Shown: positions 20,480 to 30,961 of the stretch, in pieces
Position numbering within the stretch: the stretch's first letter is position 1
Layout of the letters: the number at the start of each line of letters is the position of its first letter
Assembly (NCBI GenBank): GCA_963662285.2
Contig: CAXXMV010000008.1
Coordinates: 768,001 to 832,000, forward strand
DNA length: 64,000 bases
From: a bacterium
GTDB lineage: Bacteria > Hinthialibacterota > Hinthialibacteria > Hinthialibacterales > Hinthialibacteraceae
Direction: 5' to 3'
Translations under genes and position numbers: made by a program
The notes under the pieces: generated by a model
Told to the model about the DNA's origin: nothing
Database searches by the model: none
Seen by the model: the letters and a program-made list of their open reading frames with translations, nothing else

Positions 20480-21986
20480 TGTACAGACCGGGTAGATGGG
20501 TAACACATGTTCGGGGACATGGGTTACAGTTTTTTATCAAAACCGGGATTTATCCCAGGTTATTGTTTGAGTTTTTTTTTAGGCATCTAGAGATGCTCAG
20601 GATAATTGGTTGGCTTAGAGGGAGGAGGTGAATATTTCACCTCCTGCATTATCCCTCGCACCTCGGATCGGCTATCCCTGGCGGGTTGCACTCCTGCAGC
20701 GCCCGCTTCCGTTTCGCCCAACCAATTTCTATTGTGACGCCTTTTTCTGGATTGCCAAGTTATCTTCTTTGATTTCATTCAAACGCAGATCGAGCGTCTT
20801 GATTTTTTGTCGGCAAAAATATACGTCCATCATCCCATCGGTCATAGCGGGTTTCAAGGCAACCGGGCATCCTACCAGGGCGCGGCTCACCCGGTAATCT
20901 TCACCACGGTACGCCACCCGACCTCCTTGTTGCACCTTCCTGATAATGCTGCCCGGCGCGTACTCGATATCCGGCAAACTTCCCGGATAAACAAAAGGAC
21001 TGGACGTATAATGGTTAGCCGGGACATCCATATCCAGGGCTTCGTGAGGACGCTCAAAATTGTATTCATAACGCCACTCATCAAACCGCCTTTGGCAATA
21101 TTCCAAATCCACAAACGATTCCCTTATCAGCAATTCTTGCTTAAAGGTCCGGTGAAATCGCTCGACCTTGCCTTGGGTTTGCGGATGGTAGGGGCGACCG
21201 TGATACACGCGAATACCCAATCGTATCAGCCATATTGTCAATCTGGTGTATTCGCAGGTTTTGCATCCTCCCCACGGACTTCCGTTATCCATCAACATCG
21301 CCCGAGGCATACCATACATCCTGAACACGCTTTCCAGGGAGTCTTGCACGGTTTCCCTTTGCTGATTGGCGCACGAAAATAATCCGGGAACAAAGCGCGT
21401 GCAATCATCCAGAATGCTGAGCGGATAACAGCGTGCTTTGAGCGTGGGAAAATCTCCTTTGAAATCCATTTGCCACAATTCGTTGGGCGTATCTTTTTCA
21501 AAACGCTTATAGGCTTTGTGCTTGTGACTTTCCTTTTCATCCAGCAATCCCAGTCGGCGTAACACGGCAGTAATAGTGCTGGCGCTAGGAACATTTTCGT
21601 ATCCCAATTGAATCAGACGAGAGAGAATTTTGCGTCCTCCCCATCCTTTTTCGCGATTTTCTGTAATGGCTTGCTCGATAGACTTATCTGTTTGATGAGG
21701 GCAAGTATTGGGTTTTTTGGAACGGTCTTGGAGATTTTCGCCTCCTCCTTCTTTGTACCGTTTGATCCATTTGTAACCCGTCTTACGGCTGATATCAAAC
21801 CGTTTACATAATTGGCTGATGTTGCTTTCTTCTTGCTGGCTCAACAATACGAATTCTTTTCTCAGAGACATAAGGTCCACCTCGTTCCAGGGCATATTCT
21901 TCGCCTCCTTTCAAGGCTAGAATACACTCAGGGAATGTGTTACCTATGTCCCCGAACACCTGTTACCCATGTCCCAGGCCTTTACA
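20480..21986 (-). mobile_element. Complete IS481-family insertion sequence with 5-bp TSD (CCCAC)
   Basis: TGT...ACA ends, repeated subterminal GACATGGGT(A/T)ACA-type motifs, CCCAC at 20475-79 and 21987-91. Confidence 0.9.
20729..21895 (-). CDS. IS481-family transposase
   Basis: MPW start, ISRKTGYKWIKRY HTH, WQMDFKG, MDNGSPW, PQTQGKVERFH. Confidence 0.95.
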   Translation of the reverse strand: MPWNEVDLMSLRKEFVLLSQQEESNISQLCKRFDISRKTGYKWIKRYKEGGGENLQDRSKKPNTCPHQTDKSIEQAITENREKGWGGRKILSRLIQLGYENVPSASTITAVLRRLGLLDEKESHKHKAYKRFEKDTPNELWQMDFKGDFPTLKARCYPLSILDDCTRFVPGLFSCANQQRETVQDSLESVFRMYGMPRAMLMDNGSPWGGCKTCEYTRLTIWLIRLGIRVYHGRPYHPQTQGKVERFHRTFKQELLIRESFVDLEYCQRRFDEWRYEYNFERPHEALDMDVPANHYTSSPFVYPGSLPDIEYAPGSIIRKVQQGGRVAYRGEDYRVSRALVGCPVALKPAMTDGMMDVYFCRQKIKTLDLRLNEIKEDNLAIQKKASQ

Positions 21987-22099
21987 CCCACGGGAGAGGG
22001 CTAGGGTGAGGGGGAATTACAGAAAACCACCTGACAAAATAAACTGGTCGTACTACTAGGGTCAGGGCTGATCTAATAATACAATCCGGCCAAAACACC

Positions 22100-22984
22100 C
22101 TAAATAATCATATAAAATACATTCGTTTTCAAGTCAAATTCTCTCAGTTTCCTAGAAACTTCTTCCGCCTCAGCCTCACTGGTATGCAAACTGAATAGAT
22201 TCGATCCAGACCCGGTCAAACGGGGAGGAGTTGGTGATGCTTTACAAAAATTTTTGTAAGCCTTTTTAACAACAGGATATTTCTTAAAAACAACCTGCTC
22301 AAAAGAATTGAAAAGATAATTAGGAATCCTTCCCCAATCCTGCATCGTCATTGCATTTAATAATCTACGCGCAGACGAATGCTTCTGTACTTTTAATTCA
22401 TCCCATTGGTTATAAGCAATTTTTGAAGAGACTTCTTCATCTGGTGAACATAATACTCCATACAATGGAGGCTTTTTGACGTTTTGGGCAAGATGTATTG
22501 ACACCACGCGATCCCCGACTCCGCTGCAAACGCAAAGGCCGGGTTCAAGGAAAAAAGGTACATCTGCGCCGATACCAACTGCAATCTCTTTTAAAACTGC
22601 TTGTGAAACCTGATCATAAGTTAATTTGTTCAAAGAAAGCAAAACCGTTGCGGCGTCGCTGCTGCCTCCTCCAAGACCAGCGCCTTTGGGAATTCTCTTC
22701 TCGATGTGTATGATTACGCCTTTTGATATCCGGCTCTGATCACAATAACGCTGAGCTGCCTGATAAGCCATATTGTTCTCGTCAGTTGGCAAATCAGGAT
22801 CGCTGCATGTTAAAACAATACCGGGTTTTGTAGTAAGCGAACAAGTGATGGTATCATGAAACGATATTTTGGCGTTAACCATGCTCAGGTCATGATACCC
22901 ATCTTCACGAATGCGTTCGATATCCAAAAACAGATTAATCTTGGCATATGATGCTGATTCAATAGATTGTTTTTCACGCGGCAT
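22100..22984 (-). CDS. ispE: 4-diphosphocytidyl-2-C-methyl-D-erythritol kinase
   Basis: AKINLFL, KRIPKGAGLGGGSSDAA, GADVPFF, LTGSGS. Confidence 0.93.
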   Translation of the reverse strand: MPREKQSIESASYAKINLFLDIERIREDGYHDLSMVNAKISFHDTITCSLTTKPGIVLTCSDPDLPTDENNMAYQAAQRYCDQSRISKGVIIHIEKRIPKGAGLGGGSSDAATVLLSLNKLTYDQVSQAVLKEIAVGIGADVPFFLEPGLCVCSGVGDRVVSIHLAQNVKKPPLYGVLCSPDEEVSSKIAYNQWDELKVQKHSSARRLLNAMTMQDWGRIPNYLFNSFEQVVFKKYPVVKKAYKNFCKASPTPPRLTGSGSNLFSLHTSEAEAEEVSRKLREFDLKTNVFYMII

Positions 22985-23043
22985 CCAGTTAATCCTCTTT
23001 TTGAGTATACCCTGCAGCCGACCTTTTGGTTTGGCCCGGCCTT

Positions 23044-23772
23044 TCAGGTATTAGATTTTCGCCGCTCCTGGGCGACGGCTCTCGCTAACAACCAATCTTC
23101 TTGAGTCGTTAACTTGAAATTCAACGACGATCCCTCAACCATCTTCACTTTACCCCCAAACAATTCCATAACTTCTCCATCATCCGTTGGATAAGGAGGT
23201 GGAGAACAGGAACAATATGCATCATAAATATCTGAAAAACGAAACGTTTGCGGAGTTTGAGATAACCAATATTTACACCGCTCATGAGTACGAATCACCA
23301 ATCCGGCTTCATCGGTTTCCTTTAATGAGTCTCTTAGTGGAATTCCGATAACGCTTCCAGGGGATTCGTCCAAAGCCTCAAGCGAATCAGTGATAAAACG
23401 CTCCTCAATAAAAGGCCGGGCTGAATCATGTATCAAAACAGCTTCCGGTCTCAAAGAAGCGGAAAAATCCAGACCTTGCTTCACCGAATCAAACCGTTCC
23501 GCACCGCCGCCGGTAAAATTCCCCCGCGCTTTTGGACAGAATTTTTCAATTATTTGTTCTATAACCGATCTATCTTCCATACGTCCCGCAACAACAACAT
23601 GAGACACAATCGGACTCTTTTCAAAAGCTTCCAGACTATACGAAAGAACTGGTCGCCCTTCCAAAGAACGCAGCACCTTATTCTCCCCGCCACCCATCCG
23701 GGTGCTTCGTCCCGCCGCCAGAACTATAGCCGCCACAACATTAAAATTTTTCATAACTGCCTTATTTCTCAT
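23044..23772 (-). CDS. ispD: 2-C-methyl-D-erythritol 4-phosphate cytidylyltransferase
   Basis: LAAGRSTRMG, GGAERFDSV, IHDSARP, QTPQ, TDD, NFKLTT. Confidence 0.93.
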   Translation of the reverse strand: MRNKAVMKNFNVVAAIVLAAGRSTRMGGGENKVLRSLEGRPVLSYSLEAFEKSPIVSHVVVAGRMEDRSVIEQIIEKFCPKARGNFTGGGAERFDSVKQGLDFSASLRPEAVLIHDSARPFIEERFITDSLEALDESPGSVIGIPLRDSLKETDEAGLVIRTHERCKYWLSQTPQTFRFSDIYDAYCSCSPPPYPTDDGEVMELFGGKVKMVEGSSLNFKLTTQEDWLLARAVAQERRKSNT

Positions 23773-23986
23773 TTCTTAAAAAGAAATGCCCCGCTGCTAT
23801 AATACACGGGGCATAACTATTTTTATAGTTTAACTTATGAATCTGGTTATTTTATCTCTAAAGCGATTATCAAAAAATATGTCCGTTTATCATCACCTTT
23901 GATCTTCGAAAATTCCTCTCTTTTGCGGCTTTTCCGAATCAAAAATCAGAACATTATTATGACATCTACTCTAACGCAAAAACATA

Positions 23987-24289
23987 TCAGGCTTCTGTTT
24001 CAGCAACTGCCTCAGCTTTTAATGCAGCCTCAGCTTTTGAAACCAGTTGCATCAAGCGTGATTTACGCCGCGACGCGTTTCTTGAATGAATCAGATGCGT
24101 CTTGGCGGCGGTATCCAAAGCGGAAACTGCCATTCTTAATTCTGTTTTTGCAACTTCTATATTATTCTCCGATACCGCAACACGTACTTTTTTGATTACT
24201 GTACGTATACGGGATTTAGTTGACCTGTTGTGCGCATTGCGCCTGGCATCCTGCTTCAGACTTTTTGCAGCAGCTTTATGACTCGGCAT
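23987..24289 (-). CDS. rpsT: 30S ribosomal protein S20
   Basis: MPSHKAAAK...NRSTKSRIRT..KK...IHSRNASRRKSRL. Confidence 0.93.
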   Translation of the reverse strand: MPSHKAAAKSLKQDARRNAHNRSTKSRIRTVIKKVRVAVSENNIEVAKTELRMAVSALDTAAKTHLIHSRNASRRKSRLMQLVSKAEAALKAEAVAETEA

Positions 24290-24318
24290 AATTCTCTCTC
24301 CTAATATTAAACCTTGAT

Positions 24319-24807
24319 TTACCTTTGAGTGAATGATAATAATGCCATGTTCCTGGATCGTTTAATGGCATTCGTCAACATTCTTTGATGACCTGCGCAA
24401 GTTCCAGTGATTCTTCTAGGCATGATCTTGCCGCGCTCTGTAAGGAAATCTTTTAACATACGGTAATTCTTATAATCAATATATTTCACTTTCCCGACGC
24501 AAAAACGACATACTTTCCTGCGTGAGAAACGGCGTTTCGGACCACCTGGTCTCCGGGGGCGATAACCATCTTCACCACCGCTAGGCCGACCACCACCACT
24601 ACCGCCTGGCTTCGGTCTGCCGCCATATGAAGTTCTTCCTCTAACAGGAGAAGAAGAGGAAGGACGTCCTGTCCCTGAAGATGGACGCTGCCCTGTCCCC
24701 GAAGATGGACGCTGTCCCGAAGATGGACGTTGTCCCGCTCCTGAAGATGGACGTTGACCCGTTGAAGGACTTGTTGAAGGATTACTTGTATTAGAAATTT
24801 CAGCCAT
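24319..24807 (-). CDS. rpsR: 30S ribosomal protein S18 with long low-complexity N-terminal extension
   Basis: [37 protein letters not shown]. Confidence 0.93.
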   Translation of the reverse strand: MAEISNTSNPSTSPSTGQRPSSGAGQRPSSGQRPSSGTGQRPSSGTGRPSSSSPVRGRTSYGGRPKPGGSGGGRPSGGEDGYRPRRPGGPKRRFSRRKVCRFCVGKVKYIDYKNYRMLKDFLTERGKIMPRRITGTCAGHQRMLTNAIKRSRNMALLSFTQR

Positions 24808-24829
24808 TTATTTACTCCTAAGTTTTCTA

Positions 24830-25270
24830 TCAGAAAGGTAAATCGGCATCCCCGCCTTGCGCTTCGCCGTCTGCTGGCGATGAAGATTGTGGAGGTGGGG
24901 GAGCATCAGAATCATTATAAGATGGAGAATCCACTCCACCTGCCCCGCCAGATCCTCCGCGATCTAAAAATTGGATGTTATCGGCAATCACTTCGTACGT
25001 TGTACGCTTTTGACCTTCTTGCTCCCATTGATTCATTTGCAGAGAGCCGTCAATAGCTGCCATTTGTCCTTTTTTCAGATACTGTCCGCACAATTCAGCC
25101 AGCTTGCGCCATGCGACTGCATTAATGAAATCCGTCTGCCTTTCACCGTTTGCGTTCTTGAAAGGCCTTTCTACGGCGATTCGTAAACGGGCGACGGCTA
25201 TACCACTTTGGGTATAACGAATTTCTGGATCTGCAACCATACGGCCTACGAGGATGACTCGGTTAATCAT
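24830..25270 (-). CDS. ssb: Single-stranded DNA-binding protein
   Basis: MINRVILVGR..ADPE.RYT; C-terminal DLPF. Confidence 0.95.
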   Translation of the reverse strand: MINRVILVGRMVADPEIRYTQSGIAVARLRIAVERPFKNANGERQTDFINAVAWRKLAELCGQYLKKGQMAAIDGSLQMNQWEQEGQKRTTYEVIADNIQFLDRGGSGGAGGVDSPSYNDSDAPPPPQSSSPADGEAQGGDADLPF

Positions 25271-25284
25271 CGGACGCCTCTATA

Positions 25285-25878
25285 TTATTCGCTGCTTTTG
25301 ATTTCAGGCGCAGCGGATTCTTCTGTCTTGCCATCATCAGATGCAACAGGAATTTCTTCTACTGCTGATTCAGCTGACGTGGATTGTTCAATTGATTCAG
25401 AAGGATTTTCGGCAGCTTCTTTTGCGGCGGCGGCTTCTTCAGCAGCTTTCGCAGCAGCGGCTTCTCTGGCGACAGAGGCTTCTTCCGCAGCTTTTATAGC
25501 AGCTAATTCCTCTTCCTTCGCCTTGCGAATCGCTTCCTTCTCTTTCTGCTTCCTCGCTTCATCATACTTATCCTGCTCAAGGCGGGCTTTTGAGACTTTC
25601 AAAGTCATGTGGCGCAGTAAACCGGTATGAGTAGCCTCGTACTCATTAATTTTTAACGGCATATCAGCTGGACCATTAAAATCCATGTTGATATATAATC
25701 CCTCAGTCTTTTTCTTGATCGGAAAAGCAAGGGTTCGCTTACCCCAGTTTACTTCTTTTAATATCTCGCCGCCATCGTCAGTAATAACGGCTTTTACTTC
25801 ATTGGATATCTTCTCGATTTGAGCTTCTTCCAATGAAGCGTCGATGATATAAAGAATCTCATACATCGTGGTACTCAT
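25285..25878 (-). CDS. rpsF: 30S ribosomal protein S6 with long acidic tail
   Basis: YEILYI, WGKRTLAFPIKK..EG.Y; rpsF-ssb-rpsR synteny. Confidence 0.92.
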   Translation of the reverse strand: MSTTMYEILYIIDASLEEAQIEKISNEVKAVITDDGGEILKEVNWGKRTLAFPIKKKTEGLYINMDFNGPADMPLKINEYEATHTGLLRHMTLKVSKARLEQDKYDEARKQKEKEAIRKAKEEELAAIKAAEEASVAREAAAAKAAEEAAAAKEAAENPSESIEQSTSAESAVEEIPVASDDGKTEESAAPEIKSSE

Positions 25879-25883
25879 GCAAT

Positions 25884-25930
25884 AACCTCCTACGGTTAAA
25901 GCCCTTATTACGTGAATAAGGACAGGATCA
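25884..25930 (-). promoter_or_regulatory. Putative rpsF leader (S6:S18-binding) RNA
   Basis: Minus strand TCCTGTCCCTTATTCACGTAATAAGGGCTTTAACCGTAGGAGG: hairpin with CCC tract and a stem able to pair with the SD. Confidence 0.5.
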
Positions 25931-26072
25931 ACTCTTCATTCCCCATTATATTAAAACTTATATCAGTTTTTTTCGGGAAATGATAAATACACGAACATGC
26001 AAGAGAATATTTTGCTTCCTAAACACAATTTCATCAAGGGCTGCGCGTCATAAATAGCCGATGGGAATGCTT

Positions 26073-26211
26073 CTGTCTGAATCATGATTTACAGGATTAA
26101 AGGATGAACAGGATAAAAACCTCAACATAATCCAAAAACACCTCGTCATCCATAATCCTTCGCATCCCATAATCCCGAGCATCCTTCCATCCTGGGCATC
26201 CAGATTCAGAT
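26073..26211. repeat. Palindromic dispersed repeat (TCTGAATCA.GAT...ATCC..ATTCAGA), paralog at 59817
   Basis: Inverted ends with internal GGAT/ATCC iterations. Confidence 0.7.
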
Positions 26212-26233
26212 GAGATTAAAGTTTAAACAAGAA

Positions 26234-26257
26234 CAGGGACGCCAAAAGGCGTCCCTG
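26234..26257 (-). terminator. Intrinsic terminator after hppA
   Basis: cagggacgcc-aaaa-ggcgtccctg stem followed by T-rich tract on the minus strand. Confidence 0.7.
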
Positions 26258-26290
26258 TGATTAATTCTTTTAGAATACTTTACTTAAACA

Positions 26291-28348
26291 TTATCCAACC
26301 AGTAGTGGCGCCAAAACCAATGAAATAACCGCCATCAACTTGATCAGAATGTTAATCGAAGGACCAACAGTATCTTTCAGAGGATCGCCCACAGTATCGC
26401 CTACAACGGCTGCCTTGTGAGTATCTGATCCCTTACCGCCGAAATGACCTTCTTCGATGTATTTCTTGGCGTTATCCATAGCCCCGCCGCTGTTAGCGCA
26501 CTGAATTCCAAGGCAAACGCCTGAAATCAATGTACCAATCAAAACGCCAGCCAGGGCCGCAGCGCCCATAGTGAAACCGATGATCGGAGGAACGATAATA
26601 GCAATAGTTCCTGGAAGCAACATGCCGCTGATAGCGCCTTGAGTACTGATATCAACGCAACGGGCTGAATCAGGCTTGGCTGTTCCTTCCATCAGGCCGG
26701 GGATTTCACGGAACTGACGGCGAACTTCTTCAATCATGGCATAAGCCGCTTTTGATACAGCCCTGAATAGACGAGCCGAGAAGAAATATGGCAGCATACC
26801 GCCAAGCAGCAAGCCAGCGATAACATTAACATTGTTAAGAGAAACCGAAGCATCAGTCAATTTAGCTGAGACGAGAAACGCCGAAACCAGACCAACCGCA
26901 GCCAGCGCAGCCGAACCAATGGCGAAGCCTTTACCGATAGCAGCAGTAGTGTTACCGACTGAATCCAGGTTATCAGTGATCTTGCGAACTTCAGGATCAA
27001 GACCAGCCATTTCAGCGATGCCGCCGGCGTTGTCAGCAATAGGACCATAAGAGTCAACCGCAACGACCATACCGGTTGTCGCCAGCATACCCAAAGCAGC
27101 CATGGCCACGCCATAGAAGCCGCCGATGTAGAAGGATAACATAATAGAAGCAGCAAGAACGATTATAGGAATGGCAGTACTTTCCATACCAATGGCGATG
27201 CCATCCGTTACGGTAAGAGCAGGACCGCTCTGTGAGTTTTCCGCTAATTTCTTGACTGGCTTGTAATCAGATGAGGTGTAATACTCACTCATAAATCCAA
27301 CCACTGTTCCACAGGCAATACCAATGATAGTAACCCAGAATGGCGCCATCTTGCCGTAAGTAATATCGCCTTCGGTCCACTCACTGCCAATCAACGCAAT
27401 AACTATTCCGCTAATAACTACGGTAATGATAGCGCTTACATAAGTTCCGCCCATCAGAGCGCCTTGTGGATTACTTGATCCAAATTTCTTTACATAAAAA
27501 ACGCCTAGTATAGAGGCGAACAATCCGATTGCGGCAACCGCAAAAGGAATAACTAACAAAGATGGATTGGCAATACCGCTAACCGCTGAAATAGAAACGG
27601 CAATAGCCAGCGATGCAATAATCGACTCAACATAAGACTCAAAAAGGTCAGCGCCCAAGCCAGCCACGTCGCCGACATTGTCGCCAACGTTATCAGCGAT
27701 AACCGCAGGGTTGCGGGGATCATCTTCAGGTATGCCAGCTTCAACCTTACCAACCAGGTCAGCGCCCATATCAGCGCCTTTGGTGTAGATTCCACCTCCG
27801 CTACGGGCGAAAAGAGCCATTAAACTGGCGCCCATGGCGTAACCACTTACAATTTCCATTTTGCCGTCAGCAACAAAAAATACCACTACCAATCCCAGTA
27901 AACCTAAACCAACAACCGAAAGCCCCATTACCGCTCCGCCTGACACGGCAACGTTGAGAGCAGCCTTTAAACCGCCGACTTTGGCAGCTTGCGTTGTACG
28001 GCAGTTTGCTTTAGTGGCGATTGACATACCGATATAGCCAGCCAAAGCCGACATCATGGCGCCAATAATAAAAGCAATGGCAGTTCCATAACCAAGATCA
28101 ACACTAGTCGTAAATTGTGGTATTACGCAAAATATCACTGCTATTACCATCACGAATCCGAAAACCCAGATATATTCCCTTTTCAAGAAAGCGCGGGCGC
28201 CTTCCTGGATCATACTGGATATGTCCTGCATTGTTTCATTTCCAGGATCCCTGGAAACTACATCTTTTGCTAAAAATGCAACAAATGCCAAGGCGGCAAC
28301 TGATGCAATTACACTAACAACAAGCATAACTAATAATAATGTTGACAT
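26291..28348 (-). CDS. hppA: Membrane-bound K+-dependent ion-translocating pyrophosphatase (probably Na+)
   Basis: [33 protein letters not shown] (Ala marks the K+-dependent type), [11 protein letters not shown]. Confidence 0.93.
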   Translation of the reverse strand: MSTLLLVMLVVSVIASVAALAFVAFLAKDVVSRDPGNETMQDISSMIQEGARAFLKREYIWVFGFVMVIAVIFCVIPQFTTSVDLGYGTAIAFIIGAMMSALAGYIGMSIATKANCRTTQAAKVGGLKAALNVAVSGGAVMGLSVVGLGLLGLVVVFFVADGKMEIVSGYAMGASLMALFARSGGGIYTKGADMGADLVGKVEAGIPEDDPRNPAVIADNVGDNVGDVAGLGADLFESYVESIIASLAIAVSISAVSGIANPSLLVIPFAVAAIGLFASILGVFYVKKFGSSNPQGALMGGTYVSAIITVVISGIVIALIGSEWTEGDITYGKMAPFWVTIIGIACGTVVGFMSEYYTSSDYKPVKKLAENSQSGPALTVTDGIAIGMESTAIPIIVLAASIMLSFYIGGFYGVAMAALGMLATTGMVVAVDSYGPIADNAGGIAEMAGLDPEVRKITDNLDSVGNTTAAIGKGFAIGSAALAAVGLVSAFLVSAKLTDASVSLNNVNVIAGLLLGGMLPYFFSARLFRAVSKAAYAMIEEVRRQFREIPGLMEGTAKPDSARCVDISTQGAISGMLLPGTIAIIVPPIIGFTMGAAALAGVLIGTLISGVCLGIQCANSGGAMDNAKKYIEEGHFGGKGSDTHKAAVVGDTVGDPLKDTVGPSINILIKLMAVISLVLAPLLVG

Positions 28349-28497
28349 AATCGTTCCTCTATAATATTTTGTTTATTAATTCTCTATGACGTGAAAAAGC
28401 TGAAAATCCACCCTTGGAGGTGACTTTCTTATGATTATACTTTATTTTTTACGTTTCCGTAGGTGTGCAGAACGGTTGTAGATTAAACAACATAACT

Positions 28498-29052
28498 CTA
28501 ACAATTCCAGCGATTCATCGATTTTTCTATACCTACTGACAGAATAGAATCCACCGCTTTCACCGCATTATCCAGGGTCTCGTCTACAATTATACGCTCT
28601 TTGGTTGAAAATGGTTCAAGCACATAATCCACCCAATCCTTACCAGCTTCGCCAATCCCAATCCTAAGACGTGGAATATCCTGCGTACCAGCTATGCTCA
28701 AGATTGAACCCAAACCGTTATGCCCCCCATCTCCACCTGTATACCTAAGGCGCATTTTACCTAACGGCAGGTAGAAATCATCCAGAACCACAAGCGTTTC
28801 TTGATAATTCACCTCCGGATCCCGCAAAATGCGCTTCAAAGCATCTCCTGAGCGGTTCATGAAAGTCATTGGTTTTACCAGCAGAACAGGATTATTTCTG
28901 CGATTGCCCGATCCAAAAACGTATTTTGAGCCTGACTGATCTACTGGTATATTCCAATGAGTGGAAAGTAAGTCGATTAGATCAAAACCGACGTTATGCC
29001 GGGTTGATTTATATTCAGCGCCTGGATTCCCCAGGCCAACTATACACCACAC
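28498..29052 (-). CDS. pth: Peptidyl-tRNA hydrolase
   Basis: IVGLGNPG..Y..TRHNVG, KPMTFMNRSG, GGHNGL; probable GTG start 29052. Confidence 0.93.
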   Translation of the reverse strand: MWCIVGLGNPGAEYKSTRHNVGFDLIDLLSTHWNIPVDQSGSKYVFGSGNRRNNPVLLVKPMTFMNRSGDALKRILRDPEVNYQETLVVLDDFYLPLGKMRLRYTGGDGGHNGLGSILSIAGTQDIPRLRIGIGEAGKDWVDYVLEPFSTKERIIVDETLDNAVKAVDSILSVGIEKSMNRWNC

Positions 29053-29062
29053 AATGATCCAA

Positions 29063-29713
29063 TTAACCTTCTGATTTTTCGCCTTCAGCCTCTTCGCCTT
29101 CTTCGCCTTCTTCACCCTCTTCAGCAGAAACTACATCAAGAGTCGTATCAATCTTAGGCACAGAGACCATCATCATGGCGCGTGAGCCATCAGTCAAAAT
29201 TTCATAGTTAGGATTATCTGGAATATCAGAAACATGAAGAGTTTGACCAATTATGACTTCAGTAACATCAATCTCAATTGCATCAGGAATATTAAGAGGC
29301 AAGCACTCAACTTCAATTTCACGAAGTTGCTGCTCAAAGACGCCGCCTGCTCTAACGCCTTTAGATACTCCAACCGGATGCACTGGAACCAAAGTTTTAA
29401 TAGCTTTGTCCGTCGAAACGCGACGAAAATCCATGTGTTTCAAGACGCCCGTCAAAGGATCATGCTGGGTTTCGCGAACCAGAGTCAATATCTCTCCATC
29501 CATGCCTTCAACATTAACGTTTACCAGGACATTCTCAGTGTCGCCATGTATCCGCATTTCTTTTTCGATCATCTTACGGTTTACGCTGATTGCAATTGGA
29601 TCAGAGCCTTCACCATATACTATGGCGGGAATCTGACCGGCACGCCGTAATGTACGGGCGCCGCCCTTGCCAGACGCAGTTCGTGTTGCAACTTGAATAT
29701 CTATTCGCTTCAT
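29063..29713 (-). CDS. rplY: 50S ribosomal protein L25 / Ctc
   Basis: GKGGARTLRRAGQIPAIVYG, HMDF, EVECLPLNIPD. Confidence 0.93.
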   Translation of the reverse strand: MKRIDIQVATRTASGKGGARTLRRAGQIPAIVYGEGSDPIAISVNRKMIEKEMRIHGDTENVLVNVNVEGMDGEILTLVRETQHDPLTGVLKHMDFRRVSTDKAIKTLVPVHPVGVSKGVRAGGVFEQQLREIEVECLPLNIPDAIEIDVTEVIIGQTLHVSDIPDNPNYEILTDGSRAMMMVSVPKIDTTLDVVSAEEGEEGEEGEEAEGEKSEG

Positions 29714-29742
29714 CGTTTGTCTCCCATTAAATGATTTTTTTC

Positions 29743-30786
29743 TTATTTTTGAGGTTTTGCGTACATCACTTCGCCATGCTGAAGATTGGCGAAAGGTCCA
29801 ATATTCATGCCCGGAGGAATGCTGCAATCCCGAAGATATGAACTATTAATATTGCAGTTTTCTCCTATTTCAGAATCAAATATCTGGGTTAAAGGTCCTA
29901 TCTGACTGCCTTGCCCGATCATGGACTTCCCGTAAATATGTGTATTAGGCTCTATAATCGTATCCATCCCGATGGTTACGCTATCATCTATAAAAGTGCT
30001 GGAAGGATCGACAATCGTTACTCCAGATAACATAAGACGCTCTAAGATCCTATCACGCATTATGCGTTCAGCTACCGCAAACTGCAAGCGATTGTTTATT
30101 CCCATTGTTTCTGATGGGACTTTGGTCACATATGCTTCAACACGCTTTTTTTCAGTAACCATAATCTGAATTACATCAGTCAGATAATATTCGCCCTGCT
30201 CATTGCTAGGCTCAACTTTAGATAAGGCCTCAAATAGGTCTTCTTTATCAAATACGTATGTTCCCGTATTAATTTCCTTGATTTTTTTCTCGTATATATT
30301 AGCGTCTTTATCTTCAACGATGCGTAACACGGAATTATCTTGATAACGCAGTATGCGTCCATAACCATCCGGCTTTTTCGTGCATGTGGTCAAAACTGTA
30401 GCTGATGCATCTTGATGGTGATGACGCTCAATCAGTTTTTCAACCGTCTCTTGAGTCAATAACGGCGCATCTCCCACCAGTACCAGTATATCCTCGGCGC
30501 AATCCTGGAACATATCTTTCGTCATCATCACGGCATGACCTGTACCAAGGCGCTTTTCCTGTAAAGCAAACTCAACCTTGAAACCTTCCAACGAATCTTT
30601 CATCAATTCGCTGGCGAATCCTATTACAACTACTTGGCTGGAATCCACCAAATCCTTGATCGTGCGTAGAATATGTACAATCATCGGACGTCCGCACACC
30701 CGATGAAGAGCTTTAGGCACCTGTGAACATAAACGCGTTCCATCGCCAGCGGCTAGAATAATTGAAGACAGTGGTTTTGTAGGCAT
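29743..30786 (-). CDS. glmU: GlmU-like uridyltransferase, C-terminally shortened (347 aa)
   Basis: ILAAGDGTRL, LGTGHAV, GYGRI, EINTG, GEYYLTD; ends just after IGPFANL. Confidence 0.8.
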   Translation of the reverse strand: MPTKPLSSIILAAGDGTRLCSQVPKALHRVCGRPMIVHILRTIKDLVDSSQVVVIGFASELMKDSLEGFKVEFALQEKRLGTGHAVMMTKDMFQDCAEDILVLVGDAPLLTQETVEKLIERHHHQDASATVLTTCTKKPDGYGRILRYQDNSVLRIVEDKDANIYEKKIKEINTGTYVFDKEDLFEALSKVEPSNEQGEYYLTDVIQIMVTEKKRVEAYVTKVPSETMGINNRLQFAVAERIMRDRILERLMLSGVTIVDPSSTFIDDSVTIGMDTIIEPNTHIYGKSMIGQGSQIGPLTQIFDSEIGENCNINSSYLRDCSIPPGMNIGPFANLQHGEVMYAKPQK

Positions 30787-30961
30787 ACTTTTCCGTCGTA
30801 TTGATTTTCAAATCTTAAACCGATAATACAAAAACAGCCCGTAGGACGCCCCACGGCCTGAAATCCATCTAAGCAAACAGCATTAGATGTTGGCTGCATA
30901 CATATAAATCGTCAAGGGCTGAATAACTGCCTTATTACTATCTATCCCGAAATCTCCCCTC

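Larger units (their letters stand above)
20432..22055. mobile_element. Putative ~110-bp MITE with CTAG target duplication, interrupted by IS481
   Basis: CTAG at 20428-31 and 22056-59; imperfect terminal IRs TACTCTGACCAACT vs TAGTACGACCAGTT; removing it restores GAGGACTAGGGTCAGGG. Confidence 0.5.
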
